A stretch of DNA of 45,619 nucleotides, counting the filler, from Catajapyx aquilonaris (Eukaryota): the NCBI GenBank assembly GCA_000934665.2. It is 2 parts of 2 records of this genome, joined end to end, with 100 filler letters (N's around TTAATTAATTAA, not from the genome) between each part and the next. Parts side by side here need not be neighbours in the genome. Positions count along the whole stretch, not along the records: positions 1 to 22,789 come from JYFJ02005821.1; positions 22,890 to 45,619 come from JYFJ02005822.1. The stretch is one strand, 5' to 3'. A program made the position numbers and the translations under genes. Below the pieces are notes generated by a model. It had not been told where the DNA came from and searched no databases. It saw nothing but the letters and a program-made list of their open reading frames with translations. Shown one piece after another: positions 20,851-34,000 of the stretch (positions within the stretch are counted from its first letter, which is position 1; each line of letters opens with the position of its first letter).

Positions 20851-21468
20851 TATAGGGTGCACTCTATCCCATAGAAAGACCTTGGCATTTTGATACGTAT
20901 ATCGACCTGCCTGGGTCAACGTCTGGGCGTACATTTCCTTCTGAAGTGTACAGAAGGACTAATCGTCATTCCACGCTCAAACATCTGATATAACAAAGCC
21001 ATAGCAAATTACCTGCCTGGAAATGTAGGCGTGTAAAGAGTTTTTGTTGCCTTCAATAACATATGGGCTTACATGGGATTTGAGAAAACTCTCCAATTTC
21101 TGCGCTGGGAGTTAGGGACATTTGGTGTGTTGTGACCTCGGGGGGAGGTGGGGAGTACCATAAACTACCAGTAGATGCCATCAGTTAATTTATCGTGAAA
21201 ATGGACTTAGGGGACTTTGGAATCGCACTCTTCAATATTTTATCGACCTTGCAAGTGCACATTCGAGGAAGCACATTTCGCAGATGTGGACTGATACCAC
21301 TCTGTTTCCACATTCTCACATCTGATAGCAAGCCGGCTATAAGCTTCCGGTGTGGCAATGTAGGAGCTCGGTGTTGAAATTGGTGCAATAATTAGGTATT
21401 GAGCGGAGTTTGGGTTACGTGTGAAGGCGATTATGGTTGGGTGGGCCACGTCAGTGCTTGGGTGAAAC

Positions 21469-21562
21469 ATGTCAGGGTTGCAAGTGCTGGTCCTTTGCTC
21501 CGTGGCCATGGCCATGTTTGGGGACCACACCTCATCATCATCATCATCATCATCAGCAGCAG

Positions 21563-21617
<55 letters not shown>

Positions 21618-22789
21618 GGGTGTTGGGAAGAACGTGTCTGGTCTGATGGGAGAGCAGGAGAAGAGGAAGGGTGGGGAGGAAGGAGAGTGGTGGGCAGTGT
21701 CCAGACTGGTGAGGGGCGTCCTGGACACGAGGGAGGACATGCGGGGATGCGGCCTGGTCCTGTCCACTGACCTCGTCGGGTCATCGGGCGTCTGGGAGGG
21801 AATGTGGAGGCCTCTTCTCAAAGGTCACTCGGACAAGTACCTCCCGTCCTTCTCCCTCCGGACGACCTCCTTCCCACACTCCTTCACAGACTACCCCTGG
21901 CTCAAGGGTCAAGCTGACCTCTTGGACTTCACCACCGTCCCTCCTGACCTCCTCGTCACCTCCGCCTGGTCATCCTCCGTCTGCACCCTCCACCTCCTCC
22001 TCCCCTCCTCCCCGGCCTCCCTCCCACAACTGGTCATGTCCACCGCCTTCAAGGTCAAGGTCAGTCCACTCGACGACCCTTTCCTCATCCACTTGTCTCG
22101 GAGGTCATCAGGGTCACTCGTGGAGGAGGGAGAGGTCCATCGAGTGATGACCTCGCCCCCTGCCAGTGCCCTCAGGCTGAAGGTGTCCAGTCGGATAGAG
22201 GAAGGTGGACAGTTGAAGGTGGAGACTGTCTGCTTCTTCTGCGCAGAAGGGGGACAATCGATGGTCATCGATCTGGGCAGTGTCAAACATGCGGACAGAG
22301 CAAGAGTTGACAGCTTCTTCAAAAACTGCGACATAAACAAGATGAACAGGAAGCCAGTTGTTTTTGGAATGTATGTGTGCCCTGCTGACATGCGATGGAG
22401 GATGTTCGAAGGAGAAAAAAAGAACAAGGTGGAGGTTATCTGATGCTTACCGAAATGCTTTACATCGCTCTAGAGGAGGGAAGTGATTATTTCATTTCTG
22501 AGATTTACGTCAAGGAGCCGACCAGTACCGACTTTGACCACAGGCTGGACAACGGCACTTGGGTGGGACTGACACCTGAATTGTTGTCAGGACAAGTGGA
22601 TGTGATAGGTTCCTTGCCTTACACAAGTGAATCCTATCGATATACCATCCTAACTCATCCCTTCATTTACGTACACAACACATTCCTGACCCGAAGACCC
22701 GGAGGAGTGGTCAGCTGGAGGGTGATCTACAGGCCCTACGTCCTCCCCTTCTGGTTGTCCTTGGGGGTCACCCTGGCCCTCCTCCCCAT
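21469..22789 (+). CDS. Divergent ionotropic receptor (IR/iGluR-like), N-terminal part; frame break near 22371-22443; truncated by spacer
   Basis: Signal peptide and poly-Ser from (TCA)n; second frame has S1-lobe and pre-M1 motifs DNGTWVGLTPELLSGQVDV, LTHPF...FLTRRP and IYRPYVLPFWL. Confidence 0.75.
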
Positions 22790-22889
22790 NNNNNNNNNNN
22801 NNNNNNNNNNNNNNNNNNNNNNNNNNNNNNNNNTTAATTAATTAANNNNNNNNNNNNNNNNNNNNNNNNNNNNNNNNNNNNNNNNNNNN
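22790..22889. other. Artificial 100-nt contig spacer with six-frame stop linker
   Basis: 44 N + TTAATTAATTAA (22834-22845) + 44 N. Confidence 0.95.
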
Positions 22890-24465
22890 TGGTTGCCAGA
22901 CCTGGAAATAGGCCAAAAAGCGTCAATATTTTGAATTTTTCTGATTTTTGGTCACCCTGGCCCCCTGCACATTTTGGGAGAGAAATCCAGGGCGTTTCCC
23001 AGCTACTTTGGTACCTACTAACATGATGTGCATAGTGGTTTCCGAGTAACACGCCGATTTTTTTTTTGTTGCGCTGTGTTATCCAAAAAAGGCCCCATTG
23101 TCGACAATTTTCAAATTTGCACGGTTTTTTTTCTCCACACGGTATTGCGCAATATGGATGAAATTTGATATGCAGCATTATGGAACACGACAGCTGTGAA
23201 TTCCTTTATCAAAATCAGATGTGTTCTGGCAACATTTTAGCCCACTTGATTGGGAAAAAACGCTATATTTTGAGGATTTTGGTTCTTTGACTGCCCCGAG
23301 GTCAAAAATAAATCAAAGTCAAAATGAATGCCCGAGTTACTATACACATTCAAGATCAAGAGACTGCAGGAAGGAAGTGGAATGACAAAAAAACCCGACG
23401 TCAGCCGCAGCCGGGACGCAAAAAATAGGGAGGAGCCATTGACGGAGGAGACGCTGACGACCTGACGGGGGCGGGAGGTGAAATCTGCTCGTCGGCAGGA
23501 TTTCTGTTACAAATAATAATCTATTCGTATAAACTTGCGCTATTAGTACTTCTCCCTTTCCGCAATCAATAAATGACGGACTCCTCAAATTGCGAAAGCT
23601 TGTAGGTGTCAGTAAAAGCAAGAGTAAATAATAAATTTACACCTTTTATTTACCTGATGTATTAATTTTTATTTGCGGACAGGAAGAGGCATGACAAAAA
23701 AAATTATATCATTAATTATAATTTTTATTTATTTCATATTATTTACTCTTGGTAAAAGTCGGATAACTTTTGATCACAAAACTTGGCACATTCAAGGCAG
23801 TGCGGAAAGTAAGTGTAATCTTGGTGGAATTCAAAGGAAATGACAAATCCGATGCCAGCCGCAGCAGAGCTGCGAATAACAGGGAGTCACCAACTGGCCG
23901 TGGTTAAAATCGCTTTCCCTAATCCCCAACAATTCACAAACAAGTCGGCTTCATCTTGACCCTACAAGCTTGTCCCAAAAGGGACCCAGTCACTCCCGGC
24001 GATGGAGGTACCTCTTCCCCCGTCCTTGGTCTCCCCTCCTCGCTCCAAAGACCCTCCGGTCTTGCCCTCCGGTCACCACCACCAACCCACCCTCCCGGCC
24101 TTCTATCCGGTTCGCCCCGCCCACTGGGTGTCCACTTTTCAATGACCCCCCTCGGCTGCTTCCCCGACCTAGTTCTCCCTCTCCCGCCAGGAGGAAACGA
24201 GTATGCTCAATCCACTCGCGTCAAAAGGATGGTCACACAAGTCAGTCACTCTGAATTATTTACTCTTGGTACAATTTAATAATCCAGTTTAACAGGGTGT
24301 TACTGTACACTTGAAATGTCGATTTTAGTGATATTTTTGGTCCTAAGTAGCTTAATTTTAAGCAGTTATTTTGGAATTGGGTAATTCCATGTGAGATTGC
24401 CAAATGGGCAAAATGTGCAGAAATGAGAATGAGTTACTGCATCCCAAAACACTACTCTGAAGCGT

Positions 24466-24719
24466 TCAGCCCGGGGACACCCCCTTCATCTCGTGCAGAG
24501 GTCGGTCACCTCTGGCTTCGTCTCGGGTGGTATTTCCTACAGACTAAACCACCCGGGGGAGCTCACTAAAAATGGCCACACGTCAGATGCACTGCACTTG
24601 CACATCCCCTCCTGTCATCCTGCCCGTGGGCCCGGGCGATACGTATAAAGGCTCCAATGTATACAACAAATAAAGGTCCATGTGATAAACCCTGATAGGG
24701 TGAAAGCATTACCCAAACA

Positions 24720-24790
<71 letters not shown>
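24466..24790 (+). mobile_element. SINE family S2, 5'-truncated, with (TTA)n tail
   Basis: 13-bp TSD TACTCTGAAGCGT (24453-24465, 24791-24803); core matches other S2 copies. Confidence 0.88.
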
Positions 24791-24793
<3 letters not shown>

Positions 24794-25185
24794 TCTGAAG
24801 CGTATGACTTTGCTGCTGACATGACTTTATTAATTCTAATATACTAAAGTGATTTTCATTACTAATGGACCTGAAATTGCTGCCCATTTCCCCATTGGAC
24901 AAGTTCCATTATATCTGACAAAAATTTCAGAAAAAAATCCACTCACCGCCAGGATAGCATCACATTCCTCCAAAAGACAAATTTCTTCTACATGCAGGGT
25001 CAGCTATAGCAGTGTTCCGGAATTAATAACAATAATTTTGATATCCCAGAAAAGTAATTAAAGTATCTGCTTAAAAGTAGCAATGCAGTGTCCAAAATTC
25101 ACTAATCACTATGGACCAGGCAATTGAAACATCTTAGATATGAATATCACATGAGCATTCACCCTTTATTTGGATTGATTTTCAG

Positions 25186-28100
25186 GTGCTTAGACAATGA
25201 GGGTAACAGTATGTGGATTGCTGACCAGCTCTTAGAGCACAGTTTCCTACAAACAGCTGTGGAGAAGCCATTAGCAGTAGTTGGAATGCCAATGGAGGCT
25301 GACCTGGCATGTGAAAAGCTGGAAGGAAATGCTATCAATCCATTATTTCTAACTGCAGCATGCCCAAAAGGCCAATCCAGAATCCAGACAGAATTTGAGA
25401 TTCTCACCTGGCTAGGACGTGGTAGTTTTGGAGATGTCGTCAAGGTTCGAAACAAACTGGACAGTGGCATTTACGCCATCAAGCGAATTCACCTCAACCC
25501 CAAGAATCGCCAGCTGAATCGCAAAATTACACGAGAGGTGAAACTGTTATCCCGCCTCAACCATGAGAATGTGGTGCGCTATTACAATGCCTGGGTTGAA
25601 ACACTGGTCAGAGAGCCACAGTGTAGCTTTCTTTCGAACAGTACCTTAAGTGAGCATAAAGAGTCTGGGGTGAATGTGGTAAGTAGTTTTGGCTTTGTTT
25701 TTGGTATTAAGACTTATTATAAACTCTCTTTTTTTGTTGCAGTCCTGTGATTTTGATGACGTAGAGAAATTAGCCCCTCCTGTTAAGGATGGACCTACAG
25801 ACTGGAGCATTTCTTATGAGGCAAAGAGTAGTGCTCTCATTTCGGGGCAAGGTGTCAGTTCAGATGACAGCTCTGATGACAATGAATGGCTTGGAACCTC
25901 ATATTTGTAAGCTGGATGCAGTAGAGATTTATTATTTGTTATAGGTAACTATGAAAGTATTTTTTTACAGACCCTCCTCAGAGTCTTCAGATAGTGTAGT
26001 TTTTGAGAGAGATGGTGAAGAGGATGCTCAAGAAGGTGATGCCATTATCGTGAATCAGAGCAGCACAAGTACTGTCGCAAAGCAGCCGACTGAAATTCAG
26101 TATATGTACATTCAAATGGAATTTTGTGAGAAGAGTACACTCAGGTGAGAGTTTGTAAGCATGTGTCAGGGACAATGAAACAGAATGCCTTTTGCAGGAA
26201 TGCTATCGACAACCAGCTGTGGCAGGATTCCAATCGGGTGTGGAGATTATTTCGGGAGATCATAGAGGGTCTCCTGCATATACACCAGCAGGGCATGATC
26301 CATCGTGATTTGAAGCCAGTTAATATTTTCCTGGACTCCAATGATCATGTGAAGATTGGTGACTTTGGCCTGGCTACCACCAACATGCTGCCAATGTACT
26401 GCACATTGCAGAAGAAACGTTTTCACCAATTATACTGAATTCTGTGCCGTTTCCACAGGGCTGCTGCTGCACAAGTTGGCAATGTTGATGATAGTTTGCA
26501 TAACAGCAAGTTAGATGGGAAGTTGAGTTCGGAAGAACTTACAGGACAAGTGGGCACTGCACTTTATGTTGCCCCAGAATTAGTTGGTAGTGGGGTTGAA
26601 GTTGCTTATAATCAGGTAGGTACTTTGCATACCATCCTTACACACAAAGTGATGTAAGTGTCTTTTAGAAAGTGGACATCTATTCCCTTGGGATAATATT
26701 CTTTGAGATGTGCTATCGAACCCCAAGTACTGGAATGGAACGTGTTCAAGTCCTGGTTGACTTGCGGAAGCGAGACCCACAATTTCCAGCTGATTTTGAG
26801 CAAGTGGCAACGTCCCGCCATGCTAATGTCATTTGCTGGATTCTAAGCTATGATCCTGTTCAGCGCCCCACTTCCTTAGAGTTGCTTCGCTCAGAGCATG
26901 TTCCACCTCCCCAGTTGGAAGATGCTGAGTTGCAGGAAATGGTTCGACACACTTTGTCTAATCCTCAGAGCAAGGCTTACAAGTATTTGGTGGCATCATG
27001 CTTTGAACAGGTAAGGGTAATGCCCAGCTTCTTGAAAATACATGATTGATGTTTCATATATTGTGTTTTAGGATTCTTCTGCTGCTGAAGATGTAACCTA
27101 TGACATGGATAACCCTAAAAGCACTGTGAATCCAAAAGTTCTTTGCTTGCAAGAGAAAGTGAAAGAGATGGTTGTGCTTGTTTTCCAACGTCATGGTGCC
27201 CTGCAAGTATCCACGGGTCTATTTATGCCGAAGAACATGGTATATGAACAGACCGAATCGTGTGTCAGACTAATGACTCATGGCGGCAATGTGGTATCAG
27301 TTCCACATGATTTGCATGCCCCATTTGCACGATTTGTGGTGTGGAATAACCTCTCAGCAATTAGACGTTATTGTGTTGATAAAGTGTACAGGGAGAAGAA
27401 GGTGTTTGGTTCACATCCAAGGGAACTTTACGAGTGTGCATTTGACATAGTTTCTCCTTCGTCTGGTGAGTTTTCTCAGGTTAATGTCAGTTTGTAGCTA
27501 AGAAACATTTGGAATTAATAATCTTGTGTCTGTGTTGACAGGTAACTTGATGGCAGACGCTGAGCTTTTGACCATCCTTTGGGAAATAGTCAATGAAATT
27601 CCAGGATTGAAGGATAAGAGTTATATAATACGACTAAACCACACTGGCCTGATCAAGGCTCTGCTGCTTCATTGCGGAATTGAAGAGGAGAAGCATGATC
27701 AGGTCTACTCCATACTGAGTGACGCTAAGGTGACTATTGGTTGTTGCCCTGCAATGGGTAGTTGAATTTGTGTTTTACAATAATTGGTTGTCATGCAGGC
27801 AGAAAAGCACTCTAAATTCCAAATACAGACGCATCTCATCAGTCTTTGCCTGCCTGAGAGAGCTGTGAGCTCTCTGTATAGTTACATTGAGAAGGACAGT
27901 TCGATGACAGAGATCACCAGCACTTTACGAAACCTGACTCGTCGCCAGGGTCGAGCAGCAATTTTGGCGAAGGAAGGTCTGAAGGACCTCAAACGCATCA
28001 TATCACATGCAGAAGCGTTTGGAGTTAAGGTGAGCATTGGCGTCTAAACAACTTGCACCCTGACTTTCCCCTTTCGACATGCACAAGGATGTCATAAAAT

Positions 28101-31100
28101 TAATACCAGTGTTATTATTAATCCTCAAAAAATTGGCAACACTCCTGTCACAAGGAAAATAATATATTGTATCAGTGTATAACATAAGTGTAAGTAATTA
28201 ATTGAAGTACAGAAGAGCATCACTGTTTTGCATATGTTCATTGATATGCTTTTTACCCTTGTAGTGACTGAACCATTGCTGTAACATAGCTTTTTCTATG
28301 GACAGTGCCCAATTGTTGTTGCTCCTGGACTTGTGTACAACCTTCACCACTACTCAGGAATGGTGTGCCAGATGGTGTGTAACCTGAAGAGGAAAAAAAA
28401 GAAGGCTGGACCAGATGTCCTAGCTGCTGGAGGTCGATATGATAATGTGGTCGCTGGGTTCAGGTATATGTTGACCTTGTTTATTATGTAAGCTTAGAAC
28501 AGTTTTTCATGCAGTGTCAAGTATACATGACATGGCTGACCAAACAAGTAATGTACACGTGCATTGTTTAACCTAAGCTTTGGCTCCATTCTTCAAAATG
28601 CTTGAGATTGTCCTTGGCTTGTTTCACAAGTTCTCCCTCTGGCTGGTACTCAGGCTCATACTGTAGGATATTGATGGTGTCTGACAAGGCTTTCTTTGCC
28701 TCCTTAAAGTAAAACAAATGGTGAGTTTTGGAACATGAGCATTGTAGTTTGAGGGAACATTGACATCTTCTTACATCAATAATGGCTTTCAAGACTTCCT
28801 TCTTTGGATTTTCTTTTTGCTCTTCATTTTGTGCTCTCTGGATTAATGCCTTGGCTAGCTCATACACAATGGTTCCACGAAATCGAGAAATACCTGGAAT
28901 GGAAAGGAGATGTCATGGATCAGTGTCTGGTTATGGAGAAAGCACAGAACTTTGCAGAGGTCACTTTCTGACCTACTTAGTGCATCTTTTTACAGATTGG
29001 TTGCGAGAGTTTTGCGAAACATTGATCTCAGGGTTTTGTTATGAAATCATTTAAGCACTTAAGTCACTGGCTTGCATACGGGTACTGTTTTGAGATATGA
29101 AGAGTTATCAGGAGATACTTCGGCTTTATTTACTGCTGTAAATAGGATGTCATTCTCAAGATCCTGCATTGGCCTCATTTTTATTATAGTGCAGTAGTTT
29201 CCAAACTCAGTGCTTTTACCCATTGTCAAGGGCATATTTTCAAGTGGGAAGTGTTTTAAGAAAATTGTGTCTTGCAAAATGAAGTGGTGAAATATTTTGT
29301 CTTCCCCATTATCAAACGCCAAACATACAGGGTGGCCACGAAGTAAGACGCACATGTTTGATGAGCAATAAGTCAATAAGAAAATTTCCTGAAAGCAAAT
29401 AAAACTATAAGAAAACATGTATAGAGTCAGGAAAACATAATGTATACCTAATTTTCAACTTGGGTCAACTTAGGTCAACTTGGGCACCATTCAAGTAGAT
29501 ACAAGCTTGAGGTCTTATTTTGCCCTTCTCTCGCAAACAGTTCTGCTATAATATAATATAATACCTAGAGGAGGTACTCCCTATCCTTTTCCATTAGACA
29601 GGCTGAGGTAGCCGCCATCTTGTTGGAGGTAATATTGTTGTTCTAACAGTTGTCTAGCAACTGGGACAACAACCAATAATGACAACTGGGCGACAATTAG
29701 TTCAAATAATGTCAGGCGTCCGCCATCTTGTTGGAGGTAATATTGTTGCCTGCATTGTTGCCTGCCTCACATTTCAAGCCGAGTACCTCCTCTAGGTGTA
29801 TATATAATATAGCAGAACTCTTTGTTCTCTCATGCTATTATGCTTATCACCATGGGAATTGAATTAAACACCTCAATAATAACTTGGCAAAGATGAGTCA
29901 CATCATGTTTTGAATGATTGGGCATGTTGGTTCACTTGATTGTTTTAAATATCTGCAGCTGGCATAAGGTAAGGGGAGAGTACGGGCTCATTTCCCAAAG
30001 TAAGACTTCAACCTTGCATCTACTTGAATCGTGCCCAATTGACCCAAGTTGGAACATCCGTATGCATGATATTTTCCTGATTTTATACATGTTTTCTTGT
30101 AGTTTTATTTGCTTTCATTAAATTTCCTTATTGACTTATTCCTCATCAAACATGTGACCCTTACTTTGTGAACATCCTGTGTATCAGCCCTGTGTCACTA
30201 GCAGTACAGACTGCATTTCGCTGCAAATATATTTTTAAAAGGGAACCCTAGCATAGGAAATATTGTGGGCATACAAGAGAAATTTATGTATTACAATCTT
30301 TTTTTATTTTGAGTTATTTACACCAGTAAGTAGCATTTTTTCTGCTCTAGCTCCTGGTGAAGTACATTTAGTCCTAAAGATTCACAATGAGCCAGAAAGC
30401 CAGTATTTTGTCGTCACTAGCATGTAGGCAAGTGCAAGGTCAAATATTTGGTTTGGATTATCTTGAAACTGTTTTATTTTTATTTTTAATAATAACACTT
30501 TGTGGCTTTTTCTTGTATGACCATGATATGTAACTAGAGGTTGCATAAGTTTAAAAAGGTTCAAATCATTTGTACATGGCAACAAGCCAGCAAAGCATGC
30601 CATGGGTATTTCCAAGGTAACTTGAAATTCTACCAAATGTAATATATAGGCGAGATGATGCAAGTAAAAGTATCACATGCCAAAAAGCTACATATGGGGA
30701 ATTGCACTGAAGATGATGGTACTTTTAGAAATGTATCACTCATGAAATGATCAATTAGTTCTCAGCACAATTTGATAAAAGATTTACTGTATATGAATGC
30801 ACAGGACTGAAATTAACGGAGAACTGTAATGACACTTGATGACACTACTCTAGCTACTGGCATGCACATGGAGGGGTGTGGCATAAGAATTGCAAAATAT
30901 CTACTTGTTATCATTTGTAGGTGAGAAAATCATTTCAGTAGAGAGCAGGTAGGAAGTTAGGAAGCAGTAGTAGTAGGATTTGTCTTCACCTGGCATAATT
31001 TTGTCACAGATTAAGATGAGTTCTCTGCAGAGTTCCTCTTTCCGAGCCAGTGTTTCTGGAGACATTTCATCCATGGCATAACCATCTGCAGTGCCATATA

Positions 31101-31535
31101 AATGCAGGAGAGTGTACTTGGCATCAGTGAGGTGAGCATGGTTGGGATGTATCAGCCCTGAGAAGCGCTCCAGGTAGGCTTCAAATGCAAGTGGGTCCTC
31201 AGCTGCTTCATCATCTTCTAGTTCCTGCAAGGACTGGGAGCAATCCTTCACTAGTTTGGTTCCATACTGGCCAGGAATCATCTCCTGGCACTCGCTGCAT
31301 TTCCACTCAGTCTGGTTATTGTTTGAGGGTGTAAGGGTTGCAGCTGAGCAGAGAGGACAGTGGACAGCTCCCATAAAGGACCCTAACTCAGTGGGATCTT
31401 TGCAACGTTCACACTTGCAATCAAAGAATTTGGAGTACAGCAGGTCTGCTCGGCGATCCTTTGTGGTCCACATGGGATCAGTGTAGTTCACCTGGGAAGT
31501 AGAGTACCATAGGGTGGTATTCACAGATATTATTG

Positions 31536-31597
<62 letters not shown>

Positions 31598-32038
31598 TTA
31601 TTTTTATTATTTTTATTGTTATTTTATTATTATTATTATTATTTTATTATTTTTATTGTTATTTTATTATTTTTATTATTTTTTATTATTATTTTGCCCT
31701 GTGATACAACTTTAAGTCGTTATAGGGGGGTGGCACACCACCATCAGTTTTCTGGTAATTTTTACTTCACTCTCCGGTGCAAGGAATACTAGGAAATGGG
31801 GTAAGGGTTGGGGTTTTGGGGAGCGGGGACAGGTGCAAGTGTAGGTATGGAAATGGGTCATGTGCAGTCCCCCAGGAGGCCGGTTGCCAAGACGCCTCCT
31901 TAGGCACGGGCCAGAGACCCACTGATGCAGGCGAAAGGTAACTCCTGGGTGGGGATTACAACCCAGGACCTTTCACACAGCAAGCTGAGACGTTACCATC
32001 TCGGCCACCGCACCTTCCCCATAATAACAGTAGTAGTA

Positions 32039-32083
<45 letters not shown>

Positions 32084-32119
32084 GTAGTAGTAGTAATAAT
32101 AATAATAATAACAGTAGTA

Positions 32120-32155
<36 letters not shown>

Positions 32156-32161
32156 GTAGTA

Positions 32162-32197
<36 letters not shown>

Positions 32198-32239
32198 GTA
32201 GTAGTAATAATAATAATAACAGTAGTAGTAGTAGTAGTA

Positions 32240-32274
<35 letters not shown>

Positions 32275-32989
32275 TAATAAAGGGGAGGCGGAGTGGCGCT
32301 GCAGTAACGTATGCACCCATGGATGGAAGGGTCCCGGGTTCGATCCCAGCCTGGGATCTCCCCCCTTCATCTCGTGCAGAGTTGGGTCGTCTCTGGCTGT
32401 GTCTCGGGAGGAATCTCTGATAGACTAGTCCACCCTGGGGAGTTCACAAAATTTACCGTTTGAGACATTGCACTGTACATTTTACATCCCCTCCCAGTCA
32501 CCCTGTCCATGGGCCGGGTGCTTCGTTCAAGGTTCCAGTATGTATCGTACTACAACGGTATAAATAAAGGTCCCTGCTGCATACCTCTTAAGGAGGTCAA
32601 GCACTACCCCGATTATTATACTTTACACTAGTATTATTATTATTATTGATTATTATTAGGAAGACATGGTTGGACCAGGTGGGTCAGTGTCTTAGGGTGT
32701 TGCTAGTGTTAAGCCGAGACGTTCTTGTGTCAATAGGACCATGGACGTGGCTGAGGCTAGGGTTGTTTGTTTGGACAGGTGTAAATGGCGTAGGTTAATT
32801 AATGGGTAAATAGGTAAATATGTCTGAGGATAAGGTGATGTCTGAGGTGGGCAGGGGCGGGGGGTGGGACGGGTTGTTTTTAGGTTTATTCTCATGAGTT
32901 TTATTAGTTCATATGTTGGGTTAGCTTGCGTGTCCCTTCATCGCTGACTACCCCTCATAGGGAAATGTCGTGATGTTGTTGTTGTTGTT

Positions 32990-33041
<52 letters not shown>

Positions 33042-33952
33042 GCCAGTTAGACAATGTTTGTGAGAAGAGGTGTATGAGGATTAATGTAGATAAGACTAAG
33101 GTATTTGTATTTGAGAGGGGACAGCAGGTTTCTCCTTGTATGTTGCAGGTATGAGGAAAACTGGTTGAGCAAGTCAACCAGTATACCTGGGTAGTGTCCT
33201 TGAGAGTAATGGTAGAATGGATGGGGAGATTGACAGGAGAGTTAGTTCTGGGTTGAAAGTAATAGGTGCCACAAGTAAGTTTTCTAGAAATAAGGACTTA
33301 TCTTCTGCCTGTAGGTTGTCTGTCAGTTCTCATGTTATTGTTCCTTCACTTATGTATGGTAGTGAAGCGTGGGTTTGGTCAGATAGGCATAAGAGTAGGG
33401 TGTTGGCTACAGAGATGCGTTATCTCCGGGCTGTTTGTGGGGTTACTAAGTTGGATAGGATTAGGAATGAGAAGATTTTGCAGAGGTGTAATGTTAAGGA
33501 GACTGTTAAAGACAAGGTGTGGAGGTGTACTCTAAGGTGGTTTGGCCATGTGGAGAGGATGAAGGAGGAGGAGATTGTCAAAAAGGTTTATTTGGGTGGA
33601 GTAGTTGGTAAGAGGGCAAGGGTAGGCCTAGGAAGATATGGTTGGACCAGGTGGGTCAGTGTCTTGAGGGTGTTGCTAGTGTTAAGTTAAGTTCATGTGT
33701 CAATAGGACCATGGACGTGGCTGAGGCTAAGGTTGTTTGTTTAGACAGGTGTAAATGGCGTAGGTTGATTAATGGGGTCAGTAATAGAGGAGGAGGGAGG
33801 TACAGATCAGGAGGTGGGATGGGTAGTTTATAGTTTTATTTTGACAAGTTTTAATTAGTTATGTGGGGTTAACTTGCGTCTCCCTTCATCGCTGACTACC
33901 CCTTATAGGGAAATGTCATGATGGTGTTGGTATTGTTGTTGTTGTTGTTATT

Positions 33953-34000
<48 letters not shown>

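Noticed and set aside
21240..21821. Poly-Asp, poly-Met, poly-His and poly-Ile ORFs
   Set aside because: Alternative frames of the (TCA)n tract; only the poly-Ser frame has a signal peptide and continues toward IR sequence.
22890..24460. Possible 5' exons of GCN2 or the rest of the IR
   Set aside because: No RWD, pseudokinase or IR transmembrane motifs found; the region looks like repeat-derived non-coding DNA.
31514..32428. Poly-Ile/Tyr/Leu/Asn ORFs (also near 7400, 24700, 33950, 43850)
   Set aside because: Translations of (AAT)n/(ATT)n microsatellites.
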